Assembly (NCBI GenBank): GCA_046155895.1 | Contig: JBJXFB010000080.1 | Coordinates: 23,350 to 87,349, forward strand | Reading direction: 5' to 3' | Origin: Planctomycetota bacterium | GTDB lineage: Bacteria; Planctomycetota; UBA1135; GCA-002686595 | DNA length: 64,000 bases | In this document: one piece after another, positions 9,942-24,741 of the stretch | How positions within the stretch are numbered: the first letter of the stretch is position 1 | Layout of the letters: each line of letters begins with the position of its first letter | Position numbers and translations under genes: made by a program | The notes under the pieces: generated by a model | Database searches by the model: none | What the model was told of the DNA's origin: nothing | What the model saw: only the letters and a program-made list of their open reading frames with translations

Positions 9942-10934
9942 ATGACGAGAAGCCTGATTCTCTGGGCCTTCCTCGCCACCTCCGCAGCGGCTCATCCAAC
10001 AACGGCGCCGCAGGCGGAAAGGACTCCGGGCACGCGCATCGATCGCGAGAACTACCGGGACGGCAGCCCGAGGACGTCGAAGCAGATGCGCGAGGTCGCT
10101 CCCGGCCGCTGGGTCGCCGACGGACCGTCGACGACTTGGTATCTGAACGAGGTGAAGGACTCCGAGGGCGCGTGGCGCGACGGGAAGAAGGAAGGCCCCT
10201 GGAAGTACTGGTACCCGAACGGCGGCAAGGAAGCCGAGGGTGAGTACAAGCAGGGCGTCCCGGAAGGTCCATGGACTTTCTGGAGGGAACGCGGGGACAA
10301 GCTGCAGGAAGGCAGCTTCAAGGCCGGCAAGCCGGAAGGCAGATGGACCTGCTGGTGGTTCACGAGCCAGTACGGAGAGAGAGGACGCGCCGAGGGCGAG
10401 TTCGTCGCCGGCGACATGCACGGGCAGTGGACCTACTTCGACGGCGAGAGCCGCAAGACCGAGGAGGGTCGGCTCGAGCACGGCAAGAAGGTGGGAACCT
10501 GGACGACCTGGAATCCGAACGGGCAGAAGACTGCCGAGGGTGCGTGGCGCAACGGTCTCCAGGATGGCCCGTGGAAGTTCTGGGACGAGAAGGGCAATCC
10601 GACGAAGTCGGGAGCGTTCAGGGAAGGACGCGAAGAGGGCCCGTGGACCTTCTGGTATCCGAACGGGAAGAAGAACCAGGAGGGCGAGTTCCGCGCCGGA
10701 GCCGAGGAAGGCCGCTGGACGTTCTGGTACGAGAGCGGACAGAAGTCGGACGAGGGCGACTACGTCGCCGGCAAGGCGCACGGAAGCTGGACGACCTGGT
10801 ACTCCAACGGCCAGAAGAAGGCCGAAGGGACCTACGCCGCGGGGCTGTCGAGCGGCGTCTGGAAGTACTGGAACGAGGACGGCTCCGAAAAGCCGAACGT
10901 CGAGTTCGCCGACGGACGTCTGGCGAAGCGGTGA
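9942..10934 (+). CDS. secreted MORN-variant / YwqK-family repeat protein (about 11 tandem ~23-aa repeats)
   Basis: Signal peptide MTRSLILWAFLATSAAA. Repeats of the form G.W..WY.NG.K..EG.Y..G...G.W..W (GPWKYWYPNGGKEAEGEYKQG, GPWTFWYPNGKKNQEGEFRAG, GSWTTWYSNGQKKAEGTYAAG, and others). Confidence 0.75.
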   Translation: MTRSLILWAFLATSAAAHPTTAPQAERTPGTRIDRENYRDGSPRTSKQMREVAPGRWVADGPSTTWYLNEVKDSEGAWRDGKKEGPWKYWYPNGGKEAEGEYKQGVPEGPWTFWRERGDKLQEGSFKAGKPEGRWTCWWFTSQYGERGRAEGEFVAGDMHGQWTYFDGESRKTEEGRLEHGKKVGTWTTWNPNGQKTAEGAWRNGLQDGPWKFWDEKGNPTKSGAFREGREEGPWTFWYPNGKKNQEGEFRAGAEEGRWTFWYESGQKSDEGDYVAGKAHGSWTTWYSNGQKKAEGTYAAGLSSGVWKYWNEDGSEKPNVEFADGRLAKR

Positions 10935-10967
10935 TCGCAGAGCGGCGGCTGCCGCGCGGATCCCGGC

Positions 10968-12170
10968 CTACGGCAGGTTGAGGTAGATCATGTAGTTGGA
11001 CACGTGCGGCCCGCCGATCCTGGGCGCCGGATTGGTCGTCGAGTTGTTGCACGTCCCTAGATCCTCGAACTCGGGGAGGATCGCCGCTCCGGCGAGATCG
11101 AAGGCCGGGAAGCCTCCGACGGTCTCGCCTCCCTCGACCCATTCGGTGGTGTTCACCATCGTGCAGCCGTTGGCGTAGGTGAGCCAGCCGAAGTCGAAGA
11201 GCGCGAACTCGAGGCCCGGGAACGTGCCCGGGGCCGTCCAGCTTCCGATGCGCTTCTGCGTGTACGTGCCGAAAGGGGTGTTCGAGATCGCGTGGCTGTT
11301 GCAGGCGCCCCGGATGTCCACCATGGTCGAGATGTACTGGTTCGGTCCTCCGGCCGTGCAGAAGCAGGACTCGGTCGTCGCGAAGAACCCTCCGCCCGCC
11401 GGCTCCTCGAAGGTGCAGGCCGGACTAGCCGGCCAGTTGTTCCACCGGAACCCCTCGCCGGTGACCTGGCCGTCGCTCCTCGGGCCCGTGACGGCCGGAA
11501 CGAACGTCGATCCGGGGCCGACGATCGAGAAGGAGCGCGACGCGTGGAAGACGCCGGGCCGGACCGTCCCCGGCTGGTGGTGGACGCCGTCGCAACCGTG
11601 GGTGATCGCGAAGGCGACGCTCCAGACGCCGGACGCGCAGTCGAATGCGTAGTCCATGTGGCCGCTGAAGTAGACCCGCGTGTAGTTCGAGGTGCAGGAC
11701 GGCTTGCGGCACGGTCCCGTGGGCAGGAGAGCGGTAGGCAGCAGGTCGCCGTTCACGACGAAGCGCCAGACTTGGAGCGGGTTCGCGCCGACCGCGGGGA
11801 TCTCCTGCCAAGTGCGCGTGTAGTGGGCCTTGAGGACGCCGTTCCAGAGGAAGTTGGCCGTCCCGCAGGTCTTGACGCGGAAGCGGAGGTCGTAGACGCC
11901 GCACAGCGTCACGCCGCCCGAGGTCGCCGGAACCAGCGCGCCGAGGTTGACGCAGTCGAGGAATTGCTGCGACACGTTGCAGCCGTTGAAGCAGATCGAG
12001 CGGCAGTCTAGTTGCAGCGCCGGGATGGCGGGGATGTTGGCGGTGGCGAGCGCGCAGCACGGGCCAGTGAGTCCGTCGGGGGCGCAGACTTGCGCCTGCG
12101 CGGGCGGAGCCGCCAGGGCAAGGATCGCGAAGAGGGCGAGCGAACCGAAGCGGCGCGGAAGCGCGAACAT
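10968..12170 (-). CDS. secreted cysteine-rich hypothetical protein (400 aa, more than 20 Cys)
   Basis: ATG at 12170 is preceded by AAGGAG. Signal peptide MFALPRRFGSLALFAILALAAPPAQA. The mature protein starts QVCAPDGLTGPCCALATANIP..DCRSICFNGCNV. I recognise no family. Protein-like composition and codon bias support that it is coding. Confidence 0.6.
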   Translation of the reverse strand: MFALPRRFGSLALFAILALAAPPAQAQVCAPDGLTGPCCALATANIPAIPALQLDCRSICFNGCNVSQQFLDCVNLGALVPATSGGVTLCGVYDLRFRVKTCGTANFLWNGVLKAHYTRTWQEIPAVGANPLQVWRFVVNGDLLPTALLPTGPCRKPSCTSNYTRVYFSGHMDYAFDCASGVWSVAFAITHGCDGVHHQPGTVRPGVFHASRSFSIVGPGSTFVPAVTGPRSDGQVTGEGFRWNNWPASPACTFEEPAGGGFFATTESCFCTAGGPNQYISTMVDIRGACNSHAISNTPFGTYTQKRIGSWTAPGTFPGLEFALFDFGWLTYANGCTMVNTTEWVEGGETVGGFPAFDLAGAAILPEFEDLGTCNNSTTNPAPRIGGPHVSNYMIYLNLP

Positions 12171-12424
12171 GGGAGTTCTCCTTCTTGCTCCCGCCGCACC
12201 CGGCAGCGAGAAAACTCCCGCGGCGCGGCGGACGATAGGCAAGGCTATGCCGGAAGGCGGAATCCCGCAATGAAAGCCGTCGCGGGCTCGCCCGCGCAGC
12301 TCCTGCGAGAGACTCCCAGGCTCAAGATGTCGAGTCGCGAGAACTCGACTCGTGGGGCGGCTCGCCACGGCGCGACCACCGCCGGCGAGCCCGGCAGAGC
12401 GCGTCTCCACCCCATCACGGCGAC

Positions 12425-12453
12425 TTGCTCCACGACTACGTGGGCGCTATTAA
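12425..12453 (+). promoter_or_regulatory. candidate sigma70-type promoter for the ACIII/cytochrome oxidase operon
   Basis: TTGCTC (12425-12430), a 17-nt spacer, then TATTAA(T) (12448-12453). This is the only AT-rich hexamer in the 420-bp gap upstream of actA, and it lies about 135 nt before the actA ATG. Confidence 0.4.
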
Positions 12454-12588
12454 TTCGGCCCGGTTTCCGACTCGGGGTCGACGTCCTGGTCGAAACGATC
12501 CTTCGCGGCACCGCTGCGGAGCACCAAGGCCGTCCCCGTGACCGCCGGCGCGCTCGCAGGGCAATCGAGGGTCGGTAGGAACCCCTCG

Positions 12589-13250
12589 ATGGCCCAGGTC
12601 TTCCACCCCAGCGCGAACACGATCTCGAAGGTCACGATCTTCGGGGGGGTGTTCGTCGTTGGGATCGTCGGTTGGGCCGTCCGGGAGATCAACCGATCGC
12701 CGTGGATCACGGATGCACAGGTCGCGCGCGAGCAGCCGGTGCAGTTCAGCCACAAGCACCACGTGCAAGGGCTCGGGATCGACTGCCGATTCTGCCACTC
12801 GGGGGTGGAGGACGGAGCGTTCGCGGGGATTCCGCCGACGAAGACGTGCATGGGCTGCCACGCGGAGGTGTGGAAGGACGCGCCGTTGCTGGAACCGGTG
12901 CGCGAGAGTTTCCGCAGCGACCGCTCGATCGAGTGGGTGCGGGTGCACGACCTGCCGGACTACGTGTACTTCGACCACTCGATCCACCTGAAGAAGGGCG
13001 TGGGCTGCGAGAGCTGCCACGGGCGCGTGGACGAGATGCCGCTGACGTGGCGGGAGCACTCGCTCAACATGGAGTGGTGCTTGGCCTGCCACCGCGATCC
13101 GGCGGCGTTCCTGCGACCGAAGGACAAGTTGTTCGAGATGGGATGGGATCCTTCGAGCGCGAATCCGCCGCGGACGCAGCGGGAGATCGGCGAGGAGCTC
13201 GTGCGGGAGAACCACGTGCACGGCGTGACGAACTGTTCGGTGTGCCACCG

Positions 13251-13254
<4 letters not shown>
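12589..13254 (+). CDS. actA: Alternative Complex III subunit ActA, pentaheme cytochrome c
   Basis: ATG 12589 (MAQVFHPS..) after GGTAGGA. N-terminal TM anchor. Five CXXCH motifs: CRFCH, CMGCH, CESCH, CLACH, CSVCH. First gene of an actABCDEF series. Confidence 0.85.
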
Positions 13255-16226
<2,972 letters not shown>

Positions 16227-16240
16227 CCGCCCGTCTGGAC

Positions 16241-17635
16241 ATGGCCACCGAGACGACAGGCTCCGCGCGCTTCCCCGTGATCGCTCCGGGACACTCGTTG
16301 TCCACGGTCACCGATCACATCAGCTCGATCGTCCTCCGCCGACGCACGCCGATCGCCTGGTGGATCGCCATCGGCATCACCGGACTCATGTCGGCGATGC
16401 TCCTCGTCTCGATCGTCAAGCTCCTCTTCACAGGCGTCGGCATCTGGGGCAACAACCAGCCCGTCGGCTGGGGCTTCGACATCATCAATTTCGTCTGGTG
16501 GATCGGCATCGGACACGCGGGAACGCTCATCTCCGCGATCCTCCTCCTCCTGCGGCAGACCTGGCGCACGTCCATCAATCGCTTCGCGGAGGCGATGACG
16601 CTCTTCGCGGTCGCCTGCGCCGGCCTCTACCCGCTCCTCCACATGGGGAGGCCTTGGCTGGCCTACTGGCTGCTCCCCTACCCGAACACGATGGGCATGT
16701 GGCCGCAGTTCCGCAGCCCGCTCGTCTGGGACGTCTTCGCGGTCTCGACGTATGCCACCGTCTCGCTGCTCTTCTGGTACGTCGGCCTCATCCCCGACCT
16801 CGCGACGCTCCGCGACCGCGCCAAGCGACCGCTCGCGAAGATCCTCTACGGCATCGGCGCCATGGGCTGGCGCGGAGCAGCGCGGCACTGGGAGCGCTAC
16901 GAGACGTCCTACCTGCTCCTCGCGGGCCTCGCGACGCCGCTCGTGATCTCCGTCCACACGGTCGTGTCGTTCGACTTCGCGGCCGGGATCATCCCGGGCT
17001 GGCACACGACGGTCTTCCCGCCCTACTTCGTCGCCGGCGCGATCTTCGCGGGCTTCGCGATGGTCCTCACGCTCGCGATCCCGCTGCGCAAACTCTACGC
17101 GCTCGAGGATTTCATCACCGCGCGCCACCTCGACAACATGGCGAAGGTGATGCTCGCGACGGGGCTGATCGTCACCTACGGCTACGCGATCGAGGCGTTC
17201 ACGGCCTGGTACTCGGGGAATCCGTACGAGTCCTACATGCTCCAGAATCGGCTGACGGGGCCGTATGCGTTCCAGTACTGGGCGCTCCTCGCGTGCAACG
17301 TGCTCGTCCCGCAGCTCCTCTGGTTCCGCGAGGCTCGCCGCAACATCTACGTCCTCTTCTTCGTCGCGATGGCTGTGAACGTCGGCATGTGGCTCGAGCG
17401 CTTCGTCATCATCGTCACGAGCCTCCACCGCGACTTCCTCCCGTCCTCCTGGGGCATGTACAGCGGAACGCGCTGGGACTGGGCGATGTTCCTCGGGACG
17501 ATCGGTTTCTTCCTCTTCCTGATGCTCCTGTTCATCCGCTTCCTGCCGGTGATCTCGATCTTCGAGATGCGCACGCTCGTGCCGACCGGCGACAAGCACG
17601 CCCAAGGCGCGGACGCGCGAAAGGGACACGGCTGA
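16241..17635 (+). CDS. actC: Alternative Complex III subunit ActC (NrfD/PsrC-like quinol-binding membrane subunit)
   Basis: 464-aa polytopic membrane protein with NrfD-type blocks (WGFDIINFVWWIGIGHAGTLISAILLL, HTVVSFDFA..IPGWHTT.FPPYFVAGAIFAGFAM), positioned after actB. Confidence 0.9.
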   Translation: MATETTGSARFPVIAPGHSLSTVTDHISSIVLRRRTPIAWWIAIGITGLMSAMLLVSIVKLLFTGVGIWGNNQPVGWGFDIINFVWWIGIGHAGTLISAILLLLRQTWRTSINRFAEAMTLFAVACAGLYPLLHMGRPWLAYWLLPYPNTMGMWPQFRSPLVWDVFAVSTYATVSLLFWYVGLIPDLATLRDRAKRPLAKILYGIGAMGWRGAARHWERYETSYLLLAGLATPLVISVHTVVSFDFAAGIIPGWHTTVFPPYFVAGAIFAGFAMVLTLAIPLRKLYALEDFITARHLDNMAKVMLATGLIVTYGYAIEAFTAWYSGNPYESYMLQNRLTGPYAFQYWALLACNVLVPQLLWFREARRNIYVLFFVAMAVNVGMWLERFVIIVTSLHRDFLPSSWGMYSGTRWDWAMFLGTIGFFLFLMLLFIRFLPVISIFEMRTLVPTGDKHAQGADARKGHG

Positions 17636-17639
17636 TCGC

Positions 17640-18188
17640 ATGGCGACACCCTTGGTCCGAGCGCAACCGATCTACGGCTACCTGGTCGAGTTCGACGACC
17701 AGGGCAGTCTCCTCGCGGCCGCGCGGACCGTGAAAGACAAGGGCTACCAGGTCGTCGAAGCCTACAGCCCGCTTCCGATCCACGGTCTCGCCGACATCCT
17801 CGGCTGGAAGAACCATCTCCCCGCGATCGTGTTCGCGGGCGGGCTCGTCGGAGCATGCGTCGGCTTCGGGCTGCAGTACTGGGCCTCGGTGATCGAGTAC
17901 CCGATGAGCGTCGGCGGCAAGCCCCTCAACTCGTGGCCCGCGTTCATCGTGCCGACCTTCGAGTGCACGATCCTCTTCGCTGCCGCGTCGGCGGTGTTCG
18001 GGATGCTCTGGTTGAACGGCCTGCCGCAACCCTACCACCCGGTCTTCAACGTCCCGCACTTCGTCGAGGCCTCACGCGACAAGTTCTTCCTGATGATCCT
18101 GTCGCGCGACCCGAGCTTCGACATGGCGGGGACGAAGAAGTTCCTCGAGTCGCTCGCGCCCGTCTCGCTGGAGGAGGTGCCGCATTGA
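17640..18188 (+). CDS. actD: Alternative Complex III subunit ActD (DUF3341)
   Basis: YGYLVEFDDQGSLLAAARTVKDKGYQVVEAYSPLPIHGL followed by two TM helices. Conserved position in the cluster. Confidence 0.85.
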   Translation: MATPLVRAQPIYGYLVEFDDQGSLLAAARTVKDKGYQVVEAYSPLPIHGLADILGWKNHLPAIVFAGGLVGACVGFGLQYWASVIEYPMSVGGKPLNSWPAFIVPTFECTILFAAASAVFGMLWLNGLPQPYHPVFNVPHFVEASRDKFFLMILSRDPSFDMAGTKKFLESLAPVSLEEVPH

Positions 18189-18751
18189 AGGTGCTTCCCG
18201 CGATCCTCGCCCTCGCGTGCCTGGCCTCCGGGTGCCGCCGCGACATGCAGGACCAGCCGCGCTACGGGCCCCTCCGGCCGTCTGCGTTCTTCGCGGACGG
18301 CCGCTCGGCGCGGCCGCTCGTGCCCGGCACGATCGCACGCGGGCACCTCGACGAGGACGACCACCTCCACCGCGGCCGGATCGACGGCGAACTCGCCGCG
18401 ACGTTCCCCTTCCCGGTCACCGCCGAGGTCCTCGAGCGCGGCCGGGAGCGCTTCGACATCTCCTGCTCGCCATGCCACGGCCGTGTCGGCGACGGCGACG
18501 GGATGATCGTGCGGCGCGGCTTGCGCCGACCGCCCTCGTACCACATCGAGCGTCTCCGCAAGTCGCCTCCGGGCTATTTCTTCGACGTGATGACCAACGG
18601 TTTCGGCGCCATGGTCGACGTCTCCGACCGCGTGAGCGTCGAGGACCGCTGGGCGATCGCCGCGTACATCCGCGCGCTCCAGCGGAGCCAGGGCGCGACT
18701 CTCGACGACGTCCCGCCCGAAGAGCGCGAGCGCCTGCGGAGGTCGCCGTGA
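18185..18751 (+). CDS. actE: Alternative Complex III subunit ActE, monoheme cytochrome c lipoprotein
   Basis: TTG 18185 overlaps the actD stop (GTG 18191 is an alternative). Lipobox LALACLASGC. Single CSPCH heme motif. Conserved PSYHIERLRKSPPGYFFDVMTNGFGAM. Confidence 0.85.
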   Translation: MKVLPAILALACLASGCRRDMQDQPRYGPLRPSAFFADGRSARPLVPGTIARGHLDEDDHLHRGRIDGELAATFPFPVTAEVLERGRERFDISCSPCHGRVGDGDGMIVRRGLRRPPSYHIERLRKSPPGYFFDVMTNGFGAMVDVSDRVSVEDRWAIAAYIRALQRSQGATLDDVPPEERERLRRSP

Positions 18752-19923
18752 AGCCGACCCTTCGCCACGAGCTCGATTCGATCCAGAAGCGGGCGCTGCT
18801 CGTCGGCGCCGTCGCGTCTGTCGCCGCGGTCGCCGGACTCCTCGCCGACCCGCTCCAGTTCCACCGCTCCTACCTCGTCGCCTGGCTCTTCTGGCTCGGC
18901 CTCGGCCTCGGCAGCCTCGCGATCGTGATGCTCCATCACATGACGGGAGGTTCGTGGGGCTTCGCGATCCGGCGGCTGCTCGAGGCGGGCATGCGCACGC
19001 TGCCTCTGCTCGCGGTGCTCTTCGTGCCGATCGCGCTCGGGCTCGAGAGGCTGTATCCGTGGACGGACGAGGCGAAGGTCGCGAGCGATCACCTGCTGCA
19101 GCACAAGCAGCCGTACCTGAATGCGCCGTTCTTCCTGGCGCGGACCGCCGGCTTCTTCGTCCTGTGGATCGGCGCGGCCGCGATCATCCTCCGCCTGGCG
19201 TGGAAGTCCGACCGCACGGGCGACAAGAAGCACGAGAAACGCGCGCGGCTGCTCTCCGGTCCGATCCTCGCGATGTACGGCGTCACGATGACGTTCGCGG
19301 CGATCGACTGGGCGATGTCGCTCGAGCCGCACTGGTTCTCGACGATGTACGGCGTGATCTTCGTCGTCGGCCAGGTGCTCTCCACTCTGGCGTTCGCGAT
19401 CATCGCCTCGTCCTGGCTCGGCCGGCACGACCCGTTCAAGCGCTTCCTCACGGCCGATCACTTCCAAGACCTCGGCAACCTGATGTTCGCGTTCGTCCTC
19501 CTGTGGGCGTACACGAGCTTCTCCCAGTTCCTGATCATCTGGTCGGCGAACGTTTCGGAGGAGACGCCGTGGTATCTGGCTCGCACGCACGGCGGCTGGC
19601 AGGTCCTCGCGCTCTCGCTGGCGCTCCTGCACTTCGCGGTGCCCTTCCTCCTGCTCCTGTGGCGCCGCATCAAACGCGACACGCGCGTTCTCCCCTTCGT
19701 CGCGCTCCTGATCCTCGGCATGCGCTTCGTCGACGTCACGTGGCTCGTCGGGCCGTCCTTCCATCCCGAGGGTCTCTCGCTCCACTGGCTCGATCTCGCG
19801 ATCCCGGTCGCGATCGGCGGCCTGTGGCTCGCATTCTTCGTGCACAACCTGAAGGGCCGTCCGCTGATCTCGCTGCAGGACGCGAAGCTCGAGACGATGC
19901 TCGAGCAACCCAGTCGAGGCTGA
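18748..19923 (+). CDS. actF: Alternative Complex III subunit ActF (second NrfD-like membrane subunit)
   Basis: GTG 18748 overlaps the actE stop (GTGA). 391-aa polytopic membrane protein: HHMTGGSWGFAIRRLLEAG..., FSQFLIIWSANVSEETPWY. Confidence 0.85.
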   Translation: MKPTLRHELDSIQKRALLVGAVASVAAVAGLLADPLQFHRSYLVAWLFWLGLGLGSLAIVMLHHMTGGSWGFAIRRLLEAGMRTLPLLAVLFVPIALGLERLYPWTDEAKVASDHLLQHKQPYLNAPFFLARTAGFFVLWIGAAAIILRLAWKSDRTGDKKHEKRARLLSGPILAMYGVTMTFAAIDWAMSLEPHWFSTMYGVIFVVGQVLSTLAFAIIASSWLGRHDPFKRFLTADHFQDLGNLMFAFVLLWAYTSFSQFLIIWSANVSEETPWYLARTHGGWQVLALSLALLHFAVPFLLLLWRRIKRDTRVLPFVALLILGMRFVDVTWLVGPSFHPEGLSLHWLDLAIPVAIGGLWLAFFVHNLKGRPLISLQDAKLETMLEQPSRG

Positions 19924-19924
19924 C

Positions 19925-20317
19925 ATGGCGCGGCACGAAGCGAACGACCACTTGAGCGGTTACCAGCCCTACGAGGAGCGCGTGCGCCCCGTCGTAATCT
20001 TCACGCTCGTGCTCACGGTCGGGACCCTCGCCGTTCTCGGACTGATGAAGCTCGCGCACGACTCGTTCGAAAAGGAGATCCGCGAGGCGTCCAAGCCCAT
20101 CCATCCGCTCGCCGCCGAGCGCGAGACGCCGCCCGAGCCCCGCCTCCAGGCGAATCCCGCGATCGACCTCGACGCGTTCCGCGCCAGGGAGAGCGATCGC
20201 CTCTCGACCTACGGCTGGGTCGACCGCCAGGCCGGAGTCGTCCACGTGCCAATCGAGCGCGCGATGGAGCTCGTCGCGAAGGACGGCCTGCCGGTCAGGG
20301 AAGGAGGCGGAAGGTAG
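19925..20317 (+). CDS. single-pass membrane protein in the ACIII/oxidase operon (possible accessory ActG/ActH-like subunit)
   Basis: ATG lies 1 nt after the actF stop, and the next gene starts immediately after this gene's stop. One TM helix VVIFTLVLTVGTLAVLGLM. I cannot assign a family. Confidence 0.55.
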   Translation: MARHEANDHLSGYQPYEERVRPVVIFTLVLTVGTLAVLGLMKLAHDSFEKEIREASKPIHPLAAERETPPEPRLQANPAIDLDAFRARESDRLSTYGWVDRQAGVVHVPIERAMELVAKDGLPVREGGGR

Positions 20318-21130
20318 ATGGGACCGCGCTGCGCACTCGTCCTGCTCCTCGCCGCGCTCGCCGGGCCCGCGGTCGCGCAGGCACAGGAGGCGTCGAGAAT
20401 CGTCCGCGAGGTCGGGATCGACCAGCGGCTCGGCGAGGAAGTCTCCCTCGACCTGCCCTTCGTCGACGAGTCAGGGCGCGACGTGCGGATCGGCGACTAC
20501 TTCGACGACCGGCCGGTCATCCTCGTCTTCGTCTACAACCGCTGTCCGATGCTCTGCTCGCAGGTCCTGAACGGCCTCGTGCACTCGCTGCGGCCGATCG
20601 ACCTCGATCCTGGAGAGGACTTCGAGATCGTGACCGTCAGCATCGACCCGCGCGAGTCGACCGAACTGGCGGCGCGGAAGAAGTCGGCCTACGTGGAGGA
20701 GTACGGGCGCGCGGGAGCCGAGAAGGGCTGGCACTTCCTCGTCGGGGGCGAGGACTCGATCCGACGCCTCACGGAAGAGGTCGGCTTCCGCTACGTCTAC
20801 GACCCCGCGACGGACGAGTTCGCGCACGCGAGTGGTTTCGTCGTGCTGACGCCAGGAGGCGTGCTCTCGCGCTACTTCTACGGGCTCGAGAACCCGGCGG
20901 GAGACCTGCGCCTGGCGCTCATCGAATCCTCGGAGGGCCGCATCGGGTCGCTCGTCGACCAGGTGCTGCTGCTCTGCTACCACTACGACCCGACGACCGG
21001 GCGGTACGGCTTCGCGATCATGAGCGCGCTGCGCGCCCTCGGCGTGCTGACGGTACTCGCGATCGCCGCATTCGTCGGGCTCATGCTCCATCGCGGCCGC
21101 AGGACGCCGCGGCTCCAGGCGGGAGGCTGA
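20318..21130 (+). CDS. SCO family copper chaperone (SCO1/SenC)
   Basis: Signal or anchor sequence, thioredoxin fold with CPMLC (CxxxC) and a downstream His (FAHASGFVVLTPGG). C-terminal TM helix. Located just before the CuA subunit gene. Confidence 0.85.
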   Translation: MGPRCALVLLLAALAGPAVAQAQEASRIVREVGIDQRLGEEVSLDLPFVDESGRDVRIGDYFDDRPVILVFVYNRCPMLCSQVLNGLVHSLRPIDLDPGEDFEIVTVSIDPRESTELAARKKSAYVEEYGRAGAEKGWHFLVGGEDSIRRLTEEVGFRYVYDPATDEFAHASGFVVLTPGGVLSRYFYGLENPAGDLRLALIESSEGRIGSLVDQVLLLCYHYDPTTGRYGFAIMSALRALGVLTVLAIAAFVGLMLHRGRRTPRLQAGG

Positions 21131-21137
21131 GGCGGGC

Positions 21138-23744
<2,607 letters not shown>

Positions 23745-23755
<11 letters not shown>

Positions 23756-24443
23756 CGCGACCAACGCCGCCGGCGCGGCTCACGCCGCCCATGAGCAGCA
23801 CGTCGAAGGGCTCGCGCACCACTTCGTGAGCCTCGAGCAGCAGCACGAGGCATCGCGACTGGGGATGTGGGCGTTCCTCGCGACCGAAGTGATGTTCTTC
23901 GGCGGGTTGTTCACGGGCTACGCCGTGTACCGGAACATGTATCCCGAAGCGTTCCGGCTCGCGAGCCACCATCTCGACATCGGGTTGGGCGCGACGAACA
24001 CGGTGATCCTGATCGGATCGAGCTTGACGATGGCGCTGGCGATCCGCGCCGCGCAGGTGGGGAAGCGGAATGCGCAGGTCGGCCACCTGATCGCGACGAT
24101 GGTGCTCGGAACGGCGTTCCTCGTGATCAAGGGCTTCGAGTACCACCACAAGTGGGTCGATCACCTGATGCCCGGCCCGAGCTTCGACGTCGCCCAGTTC
24201 GGCGCGGAAGGCGGCCACGCGCGGATCTTCTTCTCGTTCTACTTCGTCATGACGGGCCTGCACGCCTTCCACATGGTGGTGGGCTTCGGCCTGCTCGCGT
24301 GGGTCGCCGCGCGCGCGCGGCGAGGCGAGTTCACGCCGCAGCACCACTCCGCGCTCGAGATGACGGGCCTCTACTGGCACTTCGTGGACCTCGTGTGGAT
24401 CTTCCTGTTCCCGTTGCTGTACCTGATCGGACGCCACCATTGA
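23745..24443 (+). CDS. ctaE: cytochrome c oxidase subunit III
   Basis: TTG start overlaps the ctaD 3' end. [18 protein letters not shown]..., [34 protein letters not shown]. Confidence 0.9.
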
Positions 24444-24456
24444 GCGAGGACGACGG

Positions 24457-24741
24457 ATGAGCGAGCACATCGTTCCGCTGAAGACCTACTACGCGATCTT
24501 CGCCGCGCTGCTCGTGGGGACCGCCGTGACGGTGGGAGTCGCGTTCCTCGACCTGGGCCCGATGAACACCGTGGTCGCGATCACGATCGCGGTGATCAAG
24601 GCGCTGCTGGTGATCCTCTACTTCATGCACGTGAAGTATTCGAGCCGGCTGACGTGGGTGTTCGCCGGCGCAGGCTTCGCTTGGCTCGTGCTGATGATCG
24701 GCTTGACGATCGCGGACTTCGATACGCGCGGGTGGATCTAG
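24457..24741 (+). CDS. cytochrome c oxidase subunit IV family small membrane protein
   Basis: 94 aa with three TM helices. YYAIFAALLVGTAVTV...KALLVILYFMHVKY is the bacterial subunit IV signature. Confidence 0.85.
   Translation: MSEHIVPLKTYYAIFAALLVGTAVTVGVAFLDLGPMNTVVAITIAVIKALLVILYFMHVKYSSRLTWVFAGAGFAWLVLMIGLTIADFDTRGWI

Noticed and set aside
8009-9979. 656-aa minus-strand ORF.
   Set aside because: It is antisense to the DUF1800 3' end and the DUF1501 gene. It has no recognisable domains and an Arg/Ala-rich composition.
9942-10934. DNA periodicity that could be mistaken for a repeat array or CRISPR. The same applies to 24738-26528.
   Set aside because: The periodicity comes from in-frame protein repeats (MORN/YwqK units and propeller blades). 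Units are contiguous, degenerate at the DNA level and have no spacer structure, so they are not CRISPR.
12327-12347. Inverted repeat GTCGAGT-N7-ACTCGAC upstream of the ACIII promoter.
   Set aside because: It is only 7 bp, lies about 80 nt upstream of the candidate -35, and resembles no known operator I can name. In GC-rich DNA it could be chance.
12672-13250. N-terminal extension of the ActB frame (the track ORF starts at 12672).
   Set aside because: This stretch overlaps actA in a different frame. The ActB-like sequence and the Tat-type signal begin after ATG 13251, which overlaps the actA stop.
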